A DNA stretch of 64,000 nt from a bacterium (lineage in GTDB: Bacteria > Patescibacteriota > Minisyncoccia > Phycocordibacterales > PALSA-1337), in assembly GCA_025355565.1 (NCBI GenBank), contig JANXZK010000002.1, positions 15,238-79,237 on the forward strand, in the 5' to 3' direction. A program made the translations under genes and the position numbers. Below, one piece after another: positions 49,576 through 59,862 of the stretch (position 1 is the stretch's first letter; every line of letters begins with the position of its first letter). The notes beneath the pieces are model-generated. The model did not search any database and was not told the origin of the DNA. It saw nothing but the letters and a program-made list of their open reading frames with translations.

Positions 49576-50634
49576 CTATAAAATCTTTCGATATCTCGCT
49601 CCCCTGCCTTGGCCGATCAGCTCAAGCAAGCGCAACTCGACAAGGCGCGCTAGATTTTTCTTTATACCTTCCCGGCCCAAGTCTTTCACTTTTTCATCGA
49701 GATCAGAGATGCTCAAGGACTCATCAGCCTTAAAGAGACCAAGGATTTTCTCCTGACTTTCTGCGAGCAGCTTCTCCGGTTGTTCACCCTCCATAAGCTT
49801 CCTAGCTTTATTCGCGTGAGTGATCAGTGAATCGAGTAGATAGTTAACCCAATGAGAAACATCCTCATGGTCAGTCTTGTGATCATTCTGCGTCTTGTGC
49901 AAAGCCATATAGTATTCAGCTTTCGTATCCTCGATGATTTCATCCAATGAGACATAAGGAGTATAGGCGTAATCGGACCGAAGCATGAGAAGATTTGTGA
50001 GTGCACGCGAAAGACGCCCATTTCCATCACTGAATGGATGTATGGCCAGAAATTCGAAAATAAAGTTAGCCACGACGAGAATTGGATGAAGTTCCTTCTT
50101 TTCGAACTCCTTCGAAGCCCAGCCAATAGCGGCTTCCATCTCAGATTTCACTAGATACGGCGGAGTGGCACGGAAGACGATTACTCGCTCTCCTTTTTCA
50201 TTGACTGCCTCGACCGCATTCTCACCAGCTTTATATTTTCCTTTGTGTGACTGATCCTTGGCGGAATAGTTCAGCAAGATACTGTGAAAATGCAGGACGT
50301 TATTTTCCGTCAATTTGAGATCTTTGTAGTTATCAAAGATTCTGCCGATAAGGTCAGCGTACCCAGCTACTTCCTGCTCATCTCTATTCCTGGGAGGATT
50401 GGATTTTAGACCACGCAAAAACCTGGCAATCTCCTCGTCAGTCATCTGAGCACCTTCAATACGCGTCGAGGCACCCGTCGAAGTGATAATGACAGTTGAG
50501 CGCAATCTTTTTAGAATTTGCGGATTCAGATTGATGCTACCCTTCCAAAGACCTTTGAATTCATCGAGTTTGGCTATCTTTGAGAGTATCTCCGGTGTGA
50601 TCCTAATCCTCTTATTAAAGCGATTTTCTTCCAT
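49576..50634 (-). CDS. Fic-family protein
   Basis: Canonical Fic motif HPFSDGNGRLSRAL. Confidence 0.8.
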   Translation of the reverse strand: MEENRFNKRIRITPEILSKIAKLDEFKGLWKGSINLNPQILKRLRSTVIITSTGASTRIEGAQMTDEEIARFLRGLKSNPPRNRDEQEVAGYADLIGRIFDNYKDLKLTENNVLHFHSILLNYSAKDQSHKGKYKAGENAVEAVNEKGERVIVFRATPPYLVKSEMEAAIGWASKEFEKKELHPILVVANFIFEFLAIHPFSDGNGRLSRALTNLLMLRSDYAYTPYVSLDEIIEDTKAEYYMALHKTQNDHKTDHEDVSHWVNYLLDSLITHANKARKLMEGEQPEKLLAESQEKILGLFKADESLSISDLDEKVKDLGREGIKKNLARLVELRLLELIGQGRGARYRKIL

Positions 50635-50658
50635 AAATATTGGTTAATTATTAACTTT

Positions 50659-50686
50659 ACCCAATATTACCCAATATTACCCAATT
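50659..50686. repeat. Tandem direct repeat ACCCAATATT x ~2.8 immediately upstream of the Fic gene
   Basis: tttACCCAATATTACCCAATATTACCCAATTgtg lies 25-50 nt upstream of the Fic start. Confidence 0.5.
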
Positions 50687-50793
50687 GTGCAAGCACGCAT
50701 CTACAAAGTTCGATTCCCCTTGCTACCCTAGCAAGGTTACGCCCATATAAAGCCACGAAAACTCGATATCATTCAAAATACTTCCCGAATCCC

Positions 50794-52839
50794 CTACCCC
50801 AACTCAAAATCCAACATCCTGCTATCTATATCAGCGCTCTTTACTCTAAAGACGACTCTGTCGCCGAGAGTAAATTTCTTGTCAGACTTACCGCCAACGA
50901 TAGAATAAGTCTTCTCATCAAAAGTGAAATAATCCTCTCCCAGACCAGATATATGGATCATGCCCTCAGACATCGACTCATCTTCGGCAACATATATCCC
51001 CCATTTCGCCACACCAGTTATCGTGCCATTGAAAGTCTGTCCTACGCGCGTACTCATGTACTCGACCTGCTTCAATTTCTTTGACGCTCGCTCAGCCTCG
51101 GCAGCGGATATCTCTCTCGAAGTTGAACTCTCGGCGATATTTTGGAAAGTCACGATATCACGGTCTCCGAAAGCTTCGTTATTCAAATGCTTGGAGAGGA
51201 CTCGATGCACCAGGAGGTCAGGATAGCGTCGGATAGGTGAAGTAAAATGTGTATAGAAATCGAACGCCAGCCCAAAATGGCCGATGTTCTTCGTAGAATA
51301 CACAGCCTTCTGCATCGACCTCACCGTTGCCGTCCTGATGAGTGACTCGTGTGGAGTGTCCTCGATCTGATCCAAGAGATCATTCAGGCTCTTCCCCGTG
51401 ACCACACCATCTTCTGATTTCAATGTATAACCCAGAGCCTTGACAAAAGTGACGAGGTTCATGATCTTGTCCTTGTCGGGAACATCGTGGATGCGGTATA
51501 TGGCTCCGGTATCACGCTTGCCCTTCTTCTTTATGGAGTCAAAAATATATTTCGCCACTTCACGGTTAGCGAGCAACATGAACTCCTCTACCAGCTTGTG
51601 AGTCTCGAGATGCGGAGTTTTGTAAACACCGATGGGTATACCGGCGCCATCAAGACGGAATTTGATCTCATCCTGTTCGAACTCGATGGCTCCGCCGGAA
51701 TATTTGTTCTTCTTTAGGATCTTCGCCAGCCGATTGAGCTCGACCAAAGCATCACAATATTGCATTCCAGCCTCGGCCGAAGCAACTGTCTGGATGCCAT
51801 CCGAATACTTTTGGACTAGCGAGGCATCCCCTTCTATCGCTGCCTGTGCAGTCTCATAAGTAAATCGGTGAGTTGAATTCATCACAGTCCTTCCAAACCA
51901 TCGTGACTGGACATGCGCGTTACTGTCCATGACAAAGATAGCTGAAAAAGAAAGCTTGTCCTCATGAGGATTCAAGCTACAGACATCATTCGAGAGGACT
52001 TCTGGGAGCATCGGTATCGTCCTATCTACCAGATACACGGAACAGCCGCGCTTCAATGCTTCTCTGTTTAGAGCCGTACCTTCTCGAACATAGTGAGAAA
52101 CGTCAGCTATATGAACACCTATCTCAAACAATCCACCAGAAATCTTCCTTATAGAGATCGCATCATCGAAGTCCTTGGCATCAAACGGGTCTATCGTGAA
52201 TGTCGGTGTACCTCGGAGATCTTGACGCCTGGCGATCTCTCCAGCCGAGATAGCTTTGTTCTGACCGATCTCTCTGGCTTCGCTCTCAACATCATTCGGA
52301 AATCCCACTTCAAATCCTCTTTCCAGAGCGATGGATTCCATCTCAACGTTATTATTACCCTTATCTCCCAGGATCCTTACGATTTCGCCTGTTGGCAATC
52401 TTTTCGGATCTGCCCAAGCAGACAATTTCACAAATACTTTTTGATCGTTTTTCAATCCTTTGATATCCTGCGAATATTGCGCCAGAATAGAGATGTTCAC
52501 GTACATTTTTCTATCATCAGGAATGACAACACACTGGCCGTTCTTCTCAATCTGAACAGTGCCAACGAACGATTCCTTAGCTCTCTCGATAACTCGGATG
52601 ACCGCGCCATTTCTTTCTAACTTGCCTCTCACACGGCTTTCAGTGACCAAAACCTCTACCTTGTCATCATTCAGGGCTGTATTCAGCAGTCCAGGCTCTA
52701 TATACACAGATTCCTTCTTTGGATCTACATCGTCAACATAGCCCGCGCCTTTCATAGTCGTAGAAATATGGCCAATTATGGTGGTTTTTACCGCAGTCTT
52801 CTTTGATCTGTGTTTCTTCACATGTTCAATATAGCACAA
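50794..52839 (-). CDS. rnr: Ribonuclease R (RNB family 3'-5' exoribonuclease with C-terminal S1 domain)
   Basis: N-terminal cold-shock/OB region, the RNB catalytic domain (…HFGLAFDFYTHFTSPIRRYPDLLVHR), and a C-terminal S1 domain (GTITGVAKWGIYV). Confidence 0.85.
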   Translation of the reverse strand: MCYIEHVKKHRSKKTAVKTTIIGHISTTMKGAGYVDDVDPKKESVYIEPGLLNTALNDDKVEVLVTESRVRGKLERNGAVIRVIERAKESFVGTVQIEKNGQCVVIPDDRKMYVNISILAQYSQDIKGLKNDQKVFVKLSAWADPKRLPTGEIVRILGDKGNNNVEMESIALERGFEVGFPNDVESEAREIGQNKAISAGEIARRQDLRGTPTFTIDPFDAKDFDDAISIRKISGGLFEIGVHIADVSHYVREGTALNREALKRGCSVYLVDRTIPMLPEVLSNDVCSLNPHEDKLSFSAIFVMDSNAHVQSRWFGRTVMNSTHRFTYETAQAAIEGDASLVQKYSDGIQTVASAEAGMQYCDALVELNRLAKILKKNKYSGGAIEFEQDEIKFRLDGAGIPIGVYKTPHLETHKLVEEFMLLANREVAKYIFDSIKKKGKRDTGAIYRIHDVPDKDKIMNLVTFVKALGYTLKSEDGVVTGKSLNDLLDQIEDTPHESLIRTATVRSMQKAVYSTKNIGHFGLAFDFYTHFTSPIRRYPDLLVHRVLSKHLNNEAFGDRDIVTFQNIAESSTSREISAAEAERASKKLKQVEYMSTRVGQTFNGTITGVAKWGIYVAEDESMSEGMIHISGLGEDYFTFDEKTYSIVGGKSDKKFTLGDRVVFRVKSADIDSRMLDFELG

Positions 52840-52887
52840 GACATGAACAACTCAATTTTTGTTATTTTCTATACGTAGCCCCTACTA

Positions 52888-53946
52888 TCAGTTACCAATG
52901 AGATAATTATTGGCTGCGAATCTGTATTGATCGATAAATATCTGTTTGAATGGTGCCATTGAATTCAATTCATAAAAGACGAGGACTGCTTCGCGATAAT
53001 CATCTTCATTTACGCTTCTATATGACAAAGGAGCACGATCGTAGGCCAGTAATACCGCGTTTGCCATCAAACGTGATGTCCGCTTGTTGCCATCCTCGAA
53101 AGGTTGTATATAACTCAATCCGAGAGTGGTAAGCAAGGATTTTTCATAGCTCGATTCGAGTCTGGATACTGCCTTTGAAAGCTTGCCCATCGCTTCGCGG
53201 ATCTGGTACACATTGTCAAGTGGTCGATATATCGATCCCGTTACGCCCACAGGACTAGAGCGGAGTCCGAAATTCACATCCATATCTTTAACTAGAATTT
53301 TATGGATTTCTTCAACTTTCGGCAGAGTCAACTCTCTGAAATCATTGGAATTTGATCTAATGAATTTGAAAGCGTCCTTGTGATTCAAGATCATTTGCGC
53401 TTCCTTTCTGTCATGTCCTGACGCTTCTTTGCCCTCGAGGATGAGCTTCTCTGTGTCGAGTAATGTATATGTGTTACCCTCGATCTTTGAGGATTTCCAT
53501 GATAGTTCAATGATGAATCGCTCGAGTTCTTTTTCTTTTAGTGCACCGGAGATGCCCTCCACACGCTTTCTATATTGTAAAGTGAGATGTTCCATTTCAG
53601 CTAATTCTTTGACAGAGAGCAAGGGAACATGAATAGAGTCGAATAGTTCGAAATTGTAATCCTTGAGGCCGTATCGCGTATCAGGTTCGGTCTGATTATA
53701 TACATGAGCATCAATTGAGATATTTATTCTTCCGAATGTAGTGATGTTGTATTTTACAGATCGGCCCGCACCACTAGAAACGATTAGACCGGAATTCTTC
53801 ATGAGTGACAACTCTCGTTTTACGGTGATCAATGAAACGTCGCCCCCGCTTGAGCGCAGTTTTTCATGTACTTCTGAGGACGACATCTTCCCTCTTTCGA
53901 GAAAAATCTTCAAAATTAATAAGTGTGGTTGAGGGATATTTTCCAT
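52888..53946 (-). CDS. Fic-family protein with N-terminal winged-helix DNA-binding domain
   Basis: Fic motif HPFEDGNKRTSRLMANAVLL. The N-terminus has HTH-like SSEVHEKLRSSGGDVSLITVKRELSLMKNSGLI. Confidence 0.75.
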   Translation of the reverse strand: MENIPQPHLLILKIFLERGKMSSSEVHEKLRSSGGDVSLITVKRELSLMKNSGLIVSSGAGRSVKYNITTFGRINISIDAHVYNQTEPDTRYGLKDYNFELFDSIHVPLLSVKELAEMEHLTLQYRKRVEGISGALKEKELERFIIELSWKSSKIEGNTYTLLDTEKLILEGKEASGHDRKEAQMILNHKDAFKFIRSNSNDFRELTLPKVEEIHKILVKDMDVNFGLRSSPVGVTGSIYRPLDNVYQIREAMGKLSKAVSRLESSYEKSLLTTLGLSYIQPFEDGNKRTSRLMANAVLLAYDRAPLSYRSVNEDDYREAVLVFYELNSMAPFKQIFIDQYRFAANNYLIGN

Positions 53947-54060
53947 AATCGTATCATTTTATGTTAATAATCATATCATTTTGATACGATTATTACCACT
54001 TAAATGTAATCCAAAAAAACAAGCCGCTCATCGCAGTCTACCGATCTATTTACGGATCTA

Positions 54061-54516
54061 CTATTTCTTTGTCTCCTTTTCTGTCGTTTCCTTGATAGCC
54101 TCGGCGACAGGAGTTGCGACGGGAGTCCCTCCTGTAACAACCTCCTCTTTAGCATCCTTTTGGGCCATGATACGACGCATCTGATGACGAATCTCTTTGG
54201 CGGCCTTACGGCGAATGAAGTAGAGCTTGGCGCGACGGACTTTGGATCGACGGACTGTTTCGATCTCATCGATCATAGGTGAGAATAGTGGAAAGATACG
54301 CTCAACACCGACACCATCGATAACTTTGCGCACTGTGAATGTGGCTCCGGCTTCACTACCATGTTTGGTCGCCAAAACTAGACCCTCGAAAGCCTGGAGG
54401 CGAAATTTTCCCTTATCTTCCTCGATCTTCTGCCACACGCGGACCAAGTCACCAGAACGGATGTCTAGTTTCTTGCGGTCTTCGATGTTTACGGGGGTGA
54501 TTACCTTGGTAGCCAT
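54061..54516 (-). CDS. rplS: 50S ribosomal protein L19 with Lys/Glu-rich C-terminal extension
   Basis: [15 protein letters not shown]...[11 protein letters not shown]...GATFTVRKV is the L19 core. Confidence 0.9.
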   Translation of the reverse strand: MATKVITPVNIEDRKKLDIRSGDLVRVWQKIEEDKGKFRLQAFEGLVLATKHGSEAGATFTVRKVIDGVGVERIFPLFSPMIDEIETVRRSKVRRAKLYFIRRKAAKEIRHQMRRIMAQKDAKEEVVTGGTPVATPVAEAIKETTEKETKK

Positions 54517-54532
54517 AGTGGTGTGTACATTA

Positions 54533-55351
54533 TCACAATGATAGCTTTAAATCAAATTTTTTGATCGCTTTCTTAAAATCAGTAGGCAATGGTGCCAAGA
54601 CTGTGACTTTCTTGCCTTTAAGATCGACGAATTCGATCGAGTGCGAATGTAGTGCCAATCTCTCGAACCCGAGCGCCATAGGCATCTTTGGAGCGTATAG
54701 GCTGTCCCCTACGACTGGATGATTTACGGCACTAAAATGCACACGGATCTGGTGCGTTCTGCCTGTCTTCGGTTGCACTTCAACGAGTGAGAAATTCTCT
54801 GTAACTCCCTCTTCGTCTGAATTCTTGTCCAATCTGCGAACCGTCTGATCCCTCAACTTTCCATTTTGAATCTTGCATTTTACATTTGCGATCCTCGTCC
54901 AATAAGTCTGCGCCTCCCTAATATCCCCTCTCGCCGTTGGATATGCCGACCATTTGCGGAAATCGCTCGAGCTCCTGCCGATCGGTCTATCGATCGTACC
55001 GAACTCTTCTTTCATCTCACCCCAAACGAATGCCAAGTATTTTTTCGCCACGAGGCGGTCTTTGAACTGCTGTTTCAAGCTCGCGTGACCAGCCTTGGTC
55101 TTTGCGACCACGATCGCTCCTGAAGTTTCCCTATCGAGGCGGTGGACGATGCCTGCGCGATTGAGTGGATTGCCTTCACCATCATTCATCGGGTCGCCGA
55201 CGTTCTTTGTCTTTGGATAATTTTCGAGCACCCAATCTGCCAAAAATGGTCCTTTATTCTTGCCGTCCGAATGGACCATGAGCCCTGCCGGTTTGTTTAT
55301 AACCAGACAATTGGCATCCTCATAGAGAATGGTGATCTTTTTGTTGCTCAT
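54533..55351 (-). CDS. RluA-family pseudouridine synthase
   Basis: [16 protein letters not shown] catalytic Asp motif. Confidence 0.85.
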   Translation of the reverse strand: MSNKKITILYEDANCLVINKPAGLMVHSDGKNKGPFLADWVLENYPKTKNVGDPMNDGEGNPLNRAGIVHRLDRETSGAIVVAKTKAGHASLKQQFKDRLVAKKYLAFVWGEMKEEFGTIDRPIGRSSSDFRKWSAYPTARGDIREAQTYWTRIANVKCKIQNGKLRDQTVRRLDKNSDEEGVTENFSLVEVQPKTGRTHQIRVHFSAVNHPVVGDSLYAPKMPMALGFERLALHSHSIEFVDLKGKKVTVLAPLPTDFKKAIKKFDLKLSL

Positions 55352-55399
55352 ATGTTGAATATACGCTAATCTAGATAGGAACGCAAAATGATCGAGTAT

Positions 55400-55472
55400 G
55401 CGCCCTTAGCTCAGTTGGTAGAGCGACCCCTTTACACGGGGAAGGTCAGGAGTTCGAATCTCTTAGGGCGCA
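55400..55472 (+). tRNA. tRNA-Val (anticodon TAC)
   Basis: GCGCCCT-TA-GCTC-AGTTGGTA-GAGC-G-ACCCC-TTTACAC-GGGGA-AGGTC-AGGAG-TTCGAAT-CTCTT-AGGGCGC-A. Perfect 7-bp acceptor, D-loop with GG, T-loop TTCGAAT, anticodon UAC. CCA is not fully encoded. Confidence 0.85.
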
Positions 55473-55603
55473 CCGAACGAAGTGAGTGAGGTGTGCCCTA
55501 GCGAGCCAACTGCTTGGCTCGCGCAAGAGATTCGAAAAGGTCGAATCTATTTCTGAGGACGTAGTCCGAAGAAATAAGAGACCTGTACAGGTCATGTAAG
55601 GAC

Positions 55604-55622
55604 CGAATCTCTTAGGGCGCAC
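55604..55622 (+). repeat. 19-bp perfect direct repeat of the tRNA-Val 3' end (CGAATCTCTTAGGGCGCAC; first copy 55455..55473), an att-like duplication
   Basis: Seen directly. The copies are 149 bp apart. The intervening 130 bp contain a 9-bp stem hairpin (GCGAGCCAA/TTGGCTCGC), a 14-bp palindrome (GACCTGTACAGGTC) and a third partial copy (GGTCGAATCT). Confidence 0.6.
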
Positions 55623-55674
55623 AATAGATGACGTAGCTATTACGGTGGGTTAATAAACATGATAGAATATATTT

Positions 55675-57129
55675 GTGGAACAACAAGAAAATGCCAATAA
55701 AATAACAGAAAATATTGGTATAGGCGAACCAATTTTGGTTTCAAGGAAAAAATCCACGATTTTCATTTATATAATTTTATTTGCAATGCTTCTGGCAGCG
55801 ATTTTCTTCTTTATTTTTTCTGGAATGGGAGCATCGAATACAACGATCAAGTCTGATGCTTTTACATCCCTAGATAATTTTGCACAATGTCTGAAAGACA
55901 AAGGTGCTCAATTATTTTGCCATTCCTGGGATTCTAAATGCCAAAAACAAAAAGCTTATTTTGGTACAGCGGCAATCAAAGTGCCTTATTTTGAATGCGG
56001 TATCCCCAATACTATACTTGATGAAACTCAGATCTGTAGGGATAACAATATAGACACTAGCTCTATCGAAAAAATAGCCCCAACATGGATATTTGCCAAT
56101 GGCGATAGAACCACAGGAGTTGTGTCATTAAAGCAGCTCGCTCAAAAAACGGATTGTGAATTACCGCAAGATATATCTCGCCCGATTCTTATAAGTAGCA
56201 TATCTACAGCCAAACATTCAAATGCTTTTGCTTTGTCTGAAAATAATGTTTTATACATAGTCTCCGGCTCACCATATGAAAATGCCCCCACATCATTCCT
56301 TCAGATTTTTAACGTTTCTGATCCTTCAAGACCAAAGCTAGTTGCTTCCGTCAGCACAGGATTGGATCCGACAGCCGTTGCTCTCTCTGGTAATTATGCC
56401 TATGTAGCTAGTGATAGGTTGATTCAGATATTTGATGTCTCAATAATAACCAAAACCCATCTCGTTAGCTCAGTTAAAACTAAACAGCAGAGCCATGGGA
56501 TGACCGACACTCTTATTGTTGACGGCAATCATGTCTATGAAATCGGTGACTCCGATACTCTAGAAATTTTTGATGCATCGAATCCTTCAAGATTGGTGCC
56601 AATTAATTCTATCGACACTGATAATTCTCCAAGTTCAGCAGTAATTTCCGGAGATTATATTTATATCACAAATCATAATTCTAATACCTTACAAACTTTT
56701 AACATATCAAATCCGGCCAGACCTTTACTCAGTAGTACGACCAAAACTGGACGGGAGCCACTTTCTAATTTTGTTTCCGGAAAATATTTATATGTTACGA
56801 ATGCCGCCTCAAAGACTTTGCAGATTTTCGATCTTTCCAATCCGTCAGAACCCATACTAATCAACTCTGTCGCTACCTTATATCGTCCAGTGTCGCTCTA
56901 TGTTTCCGGGAATTATTTGTATACCGCAAATTATAGTGTCAATGCGATACAGATTTTTGATATTACCGATCCTGTAAAGCCTGTATCCGTAAACGCCATC
57001 GATACTATGGATAATTACCCGATGCAGATTCTTATATCAGGTGGTTATGCTTATCTACTTGGTCATGCGACAGATATCCTACAGGTTTTTGATGTTTCAA
57101 ATACAAATCATGAATTAATAAAAATATGA
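55675..57129 (+). CDS. Membrane-anchored LVIVD-repeat (β-propeller) protein, strongly AT-rich gene
   Basis: N-terminal TM helix. At least 6 repeats fit the LVIVD pattern (LQIFNVSDPSRPKLVASV...YAYVAS; LEIFDASNPSRLVPIN...; LQIFDLSNPSEPILIN...; IQIFDITDPVKPVSV...). Confidence 0.6.
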   Translation: MEQQENANKITENIGIGEPILVSRKKSTIFIYIILFAMLLAAIFFFIFSGMGASNTTIKSDAFTSLDNFAQCLKDKGAQLFCHSWDSKCQKQKAYFGTAAIKVPYFECGIPNTILDETQICRDNNIDTSSIEKIAPTWIFANGDRTTGVVSLKQLAQKTDCELPQDISRPILISSISTAKHSNAFALSENNVLYIVSGSPYENAPTSFLQIFNVSDPSRPKLVASVSTGLDPTAVALSGNYAYVASDRLIQIFDVSIITKTHLVSSVKTKQQSHGMTDTLIVDGNHVYEIGDSDTLEIFDASNPSRLVPINSIDTDNSPSSAVISGDYIYITNHNSNTLQTFNISNPARPLLSSTTKTGREPLSNFVSGKYLYVTNAASKTLQIFDLSNPSEPILINSVATLYRPVSLYVSGNYLYTANYSVNAIQIFDITDPVKPVSVNAIDTMDNYPMQILISGGYAYLLGHATDILQVFDVSNTNHELIKI

Positions 57130-59063
57130 AAAACAATCATATAAAAATATATGGTATCTTTTTAATTTGTTTCAGTATAATAAATCCTGCAATTAATTTG
57201 TACGTAGCGCGGTACTACATGCCACTGGCTGCTATATTTAGTATTCCATCATTGTCTATTATCCTCACGATTTTCATAATTCCGGGAATATATTTTTATA
57301 GAATAGGCTCGTCCCCGAGACTCATAAATAAAATGCTCATAGTTTCCGCAATAATGGGCGGTATTGTTACTGTCTTTGTAACATTAAATATGCTCGTTAG
57401 CCTCGTATCTGTTTTTGGATCTGGTCATATATCTATATTTGGTTTATTTTTCTCTTTCCTACCCAAAAATAACGGCTTGTATGTAATGATTATATATTGT
57501 GTATCGATCATAACCCTTATCGCCGGTGTGATCATGAGGTATTTCGAAAAAAATGATATAACGACACCCGAACCAATAGTGCCTAATTACAAACCACATG
57601 CGCGATCCGTAATCACATTACTTGGTCTGGTCGTTATCTTAGGTGTATTTATTTTTATCTCTGATTTATCTGGGCAGAAGAAAGATAATTATATACTTGA
57701 TCAAACAGAAAGTAATACACCGCTCCATGTCCCAATTAACACAAAAGATAACACCTCGACCAGAATTTCTACAGACAATAGTTACACCACTGTCGAGCAA
57801 GGTGCATGTCAACCATTATCCTCTGGAGATGAGGAGAAATTTGATAATTTCTTAAGAAGCGAAGATATGGCGCGGTACGATTTTAATTTACCAGGTGTCG
57901 GTATAATAAATCTTGCCTCCAATGCGTGGCGCAAGGAGTTACTGGATAAAGGCGGAGATCCTTCCTCATATAGATTCAGTCAGTCGACACCGCATATAAA
58001 ATTTATGGATCTCAATGGTGATTGTCAGTATGATGCGGTTGTCACAATAGTATATTCTGAACCAGTATATCAATCAGAAGATGATCAGTTTCCTAAATGG
58101 GTCAGCAGACCTCTGCTATATGTTTTTCTCAATAATGGAGGAATATTTACTCCGCTTGATCACGTTAAGTATGAGAATGGTATGGTAATTGATTCTGTTT
58201 CAGGATCAGGTAGCACACTTGCAATTAACATGGAATTTCCAATCGAAAAAGGTGGCAACCTAAGAACACGAAAACTTTCATATGAAGTTTCATCAGGTAA
58301 ACTTACCTCGACTTATGATAGTTTCGACGATATAACGACTTGGTCTTCTGCGTGGGAATCTGGCGTTGATCGGATTTCAGGTGTCACATTTAAGTCTCCA
58401 CCAGGATGGGGAGCAGTAAGTGTTAGTTCAGAAAAACCACCGACAAACAAGGAAGAAGAACTCGCAGAAATAAAAAGCGGGCATATTCCTCTCTTGTCTG
58501 GCATTTCTCACACAATAAGTTTCGCTCTTGATCCGAGCACTGTCACGGTGTATTCACGAGACTACAGAGAGAAACCTCTTAGTGAGTTGCCTGCAGACCT
58601 AGTGCAACAATATCTGACTAAAAAATCAATAGTCAAAAATCAAGACGATTATTTACGCCAGCCGACTTCATTCCAGTGTCTTTCTGATGATCTTGATACA
58701 AAATCCGCCCTACTTCGCTGTGATATTTCTTATCAAAAAGATAAAAATGTCATTGTTAGGGCGGGAGTCATAGGCACAGATGTGCGTTATCCACCGAATA
58801 TCATTACAACAGCGAATATTGCACCAATTTCTACAAATACTTCTTACGGATTCATTACTGCAAAGAGCACATTACCCGTAGAAGAAGTCCTTGCAGAATA
58901 TTTACCAAAATCACTTTGGGAGGACGCCGCTTCGTTGGAAGGTGCTGGTCTTGTAGAACAAGAGTGGTCTGCATACTACAATATGACAAAGAATCAAAAA
59001 AGTGTACTAGGAAAATCCTTTAACAGGTTTAATGAGTTTATCTCTAGTATCGAGGAATACTAA
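57126..59063 (+). CDS. Hypothetical polytopic membrane protein with large C-terminal extracytoplasmic domain, AT-rich gene
   Basis: ~6 N-terminal TM helices, then a ~450-aa soluble domain. 4-nt ATGA overlap with the upstream gene. Confidence 0.5.
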   Translation: MKNNHIKIYGIFLICFSIINPAINLYVARYYMPLAAIFSIPSLSIILTIFIIPGIYFYRIGSSPRLINKMLIVSAIMGGIVTVFVTLNMLVSLVSVFGSGHISIFGLFFSFLPKNNGLYVMIIYCVSIITLIAGVIMRYFEKNDITTPEPIVPNYKPHARSVITLLGLVVILGVFIFISDLSGQKKDNYILDQTESNTPLHVPINTKDNTSTRISTDNSYTTVEQGACQPLSSGDEEKFDNFLRSEDMARYDFNLPGVGIINLASNAWRKELLDKGGDPSSYRFSQSTPHIKFMDLNGDCQYDAVVTIVYSEPVYQSEDDQFPKWVSRPLLYVFLNNGGIFTPLDHVKYENGMVIDSVSGSGSTLAINMEFPIEKGGNLRTRKLSYEVSSGKLTSTYDSFDDITTWSSAWESGVDRISGVTFKSPPGWGAVSVSSEKPPTNKEEELAEIKSGHIPLLSGISHTISFALDPSTVTVYSRDYREKPLSELPADLVQQYLTKKSIVKNQDDYLRQPTSFQCLSDDLDTKSALLRCDISYQKDKNVIVRAGVIGTDVRYPPNIITTANIAPISTNTSYGFITAKSTLPVEEVLAEYLPKSLWEDAASLEGAGLVEQEWSAYYNMTKNQKSVLGKSFNRFNEFISSIEEY

Positions 59064-59206
59064 TTTTATTTCTATTCATTAATGATGACTAATCACAAGA
59101 TGTCCCAACGCAAGTCTCGTCTAATTCCGTTCGAATAACGTTCCACAGCACACAATCTAGAGCCAAACATAGCGAGGACGCCTTGATCGACTGTGGCCTT
59201 GAAACC

Positions 59207-59232
59207 AAAAGACCTCATCTCTGAGGTCTTTT
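59207..59232. terminator. Bidirectional Rho-independent terminator
   Basis: aaaAGACCTCAtctcTGAGGTCTttt, an 8-bp perfect stem flanked by A/T runs. Confidence 0.65.
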
Positions 59233-59318
59233 GAGAATCGTATATCGATATCACCCTGACACCAATTTACCATTTTCTAATATCTGTTTACTGATTACCA
59301 TTTACCAACTGCCTCTCC

Positions 59319-59672
59319 CTACATCTGCGGCATAGCCGAAGGAGCAGCTGATCCCCCCTTCTTTCCAGAAAAACCCAAGATAGCCATGACGAGACCGAGG
59401 ATGAGGTACAACCAGCCAGATGCGCTGTCACCGAGTGTGGCGACACTGAGAAGCGACAAAATGAAGAAGATGACATAGATGATGCCGACGGTCTTCAACA
59501 TACTGACAGCTGATCTTCCCGCTGTTGCCAAGAGTACGATACCAACAATGATATGAACGATACTAGCGACTGTAGTAAAACCAAATACACCGAGAACAGG
59601 TGAAGCAACGAGACCCCACACGCCGGCGATAAGGAAGATGATTCCAAATACGATAGCTGATGTTTTTGCCAT
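59319..59672 (-). CDS. DUF4383-like small membrane protein
   Basis: ~117 aa with 4 TM helices (AIVFGIIFLIAGVWGLV...). The longer ORF begins at 59711. Confidence 0.5.
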   Translation of the reverse strand: MAKTSAIVFGIIFLIAGVWGLVASPVLGVFGFTTVASIVHIIVGIVLLATAGRSAVSMLKTVGIIYVIFFILSLLSVATLGDSASGWLYLILGLVMAILGFSGKKGGSAAPSAMPQM

Positions 59673-59790
59673 GTTAAATATATTTATTAATGATTGATAA
59701 TGTTTGACCAATATAATTGTACCACACCCAGATACGCAGATTATACCATGCGCGGCTACAGATCAAAGATGAAAACCGAAAATAATCTTG

Positions 59791-59862
59791 TCCCCTCGGT
59801 TGGAATCGAACCAACATCAACGGCTTAGAAGTCCGCTGTTCTATCCATTGAACTACGAGGGG
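59791..59862 (-). tRNA. tRNA-Arg (anticodon TCT), unusual C1:G72 acceptor start
   Basis: Minus strand: CCCCTCG-TA-GTTC-AATGGATA-GAAC-A-GCGGA-CTTCTAA-GCCGT-TGAT-GTTGG-TTCGATT-CCAAC-CGAGGGG-A. Perfect acceptor, D and T stems; T-loop TTCGATT; anticodon UCU. The 31-39 pair is an A/G mismatch. Confidence 0.75.
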
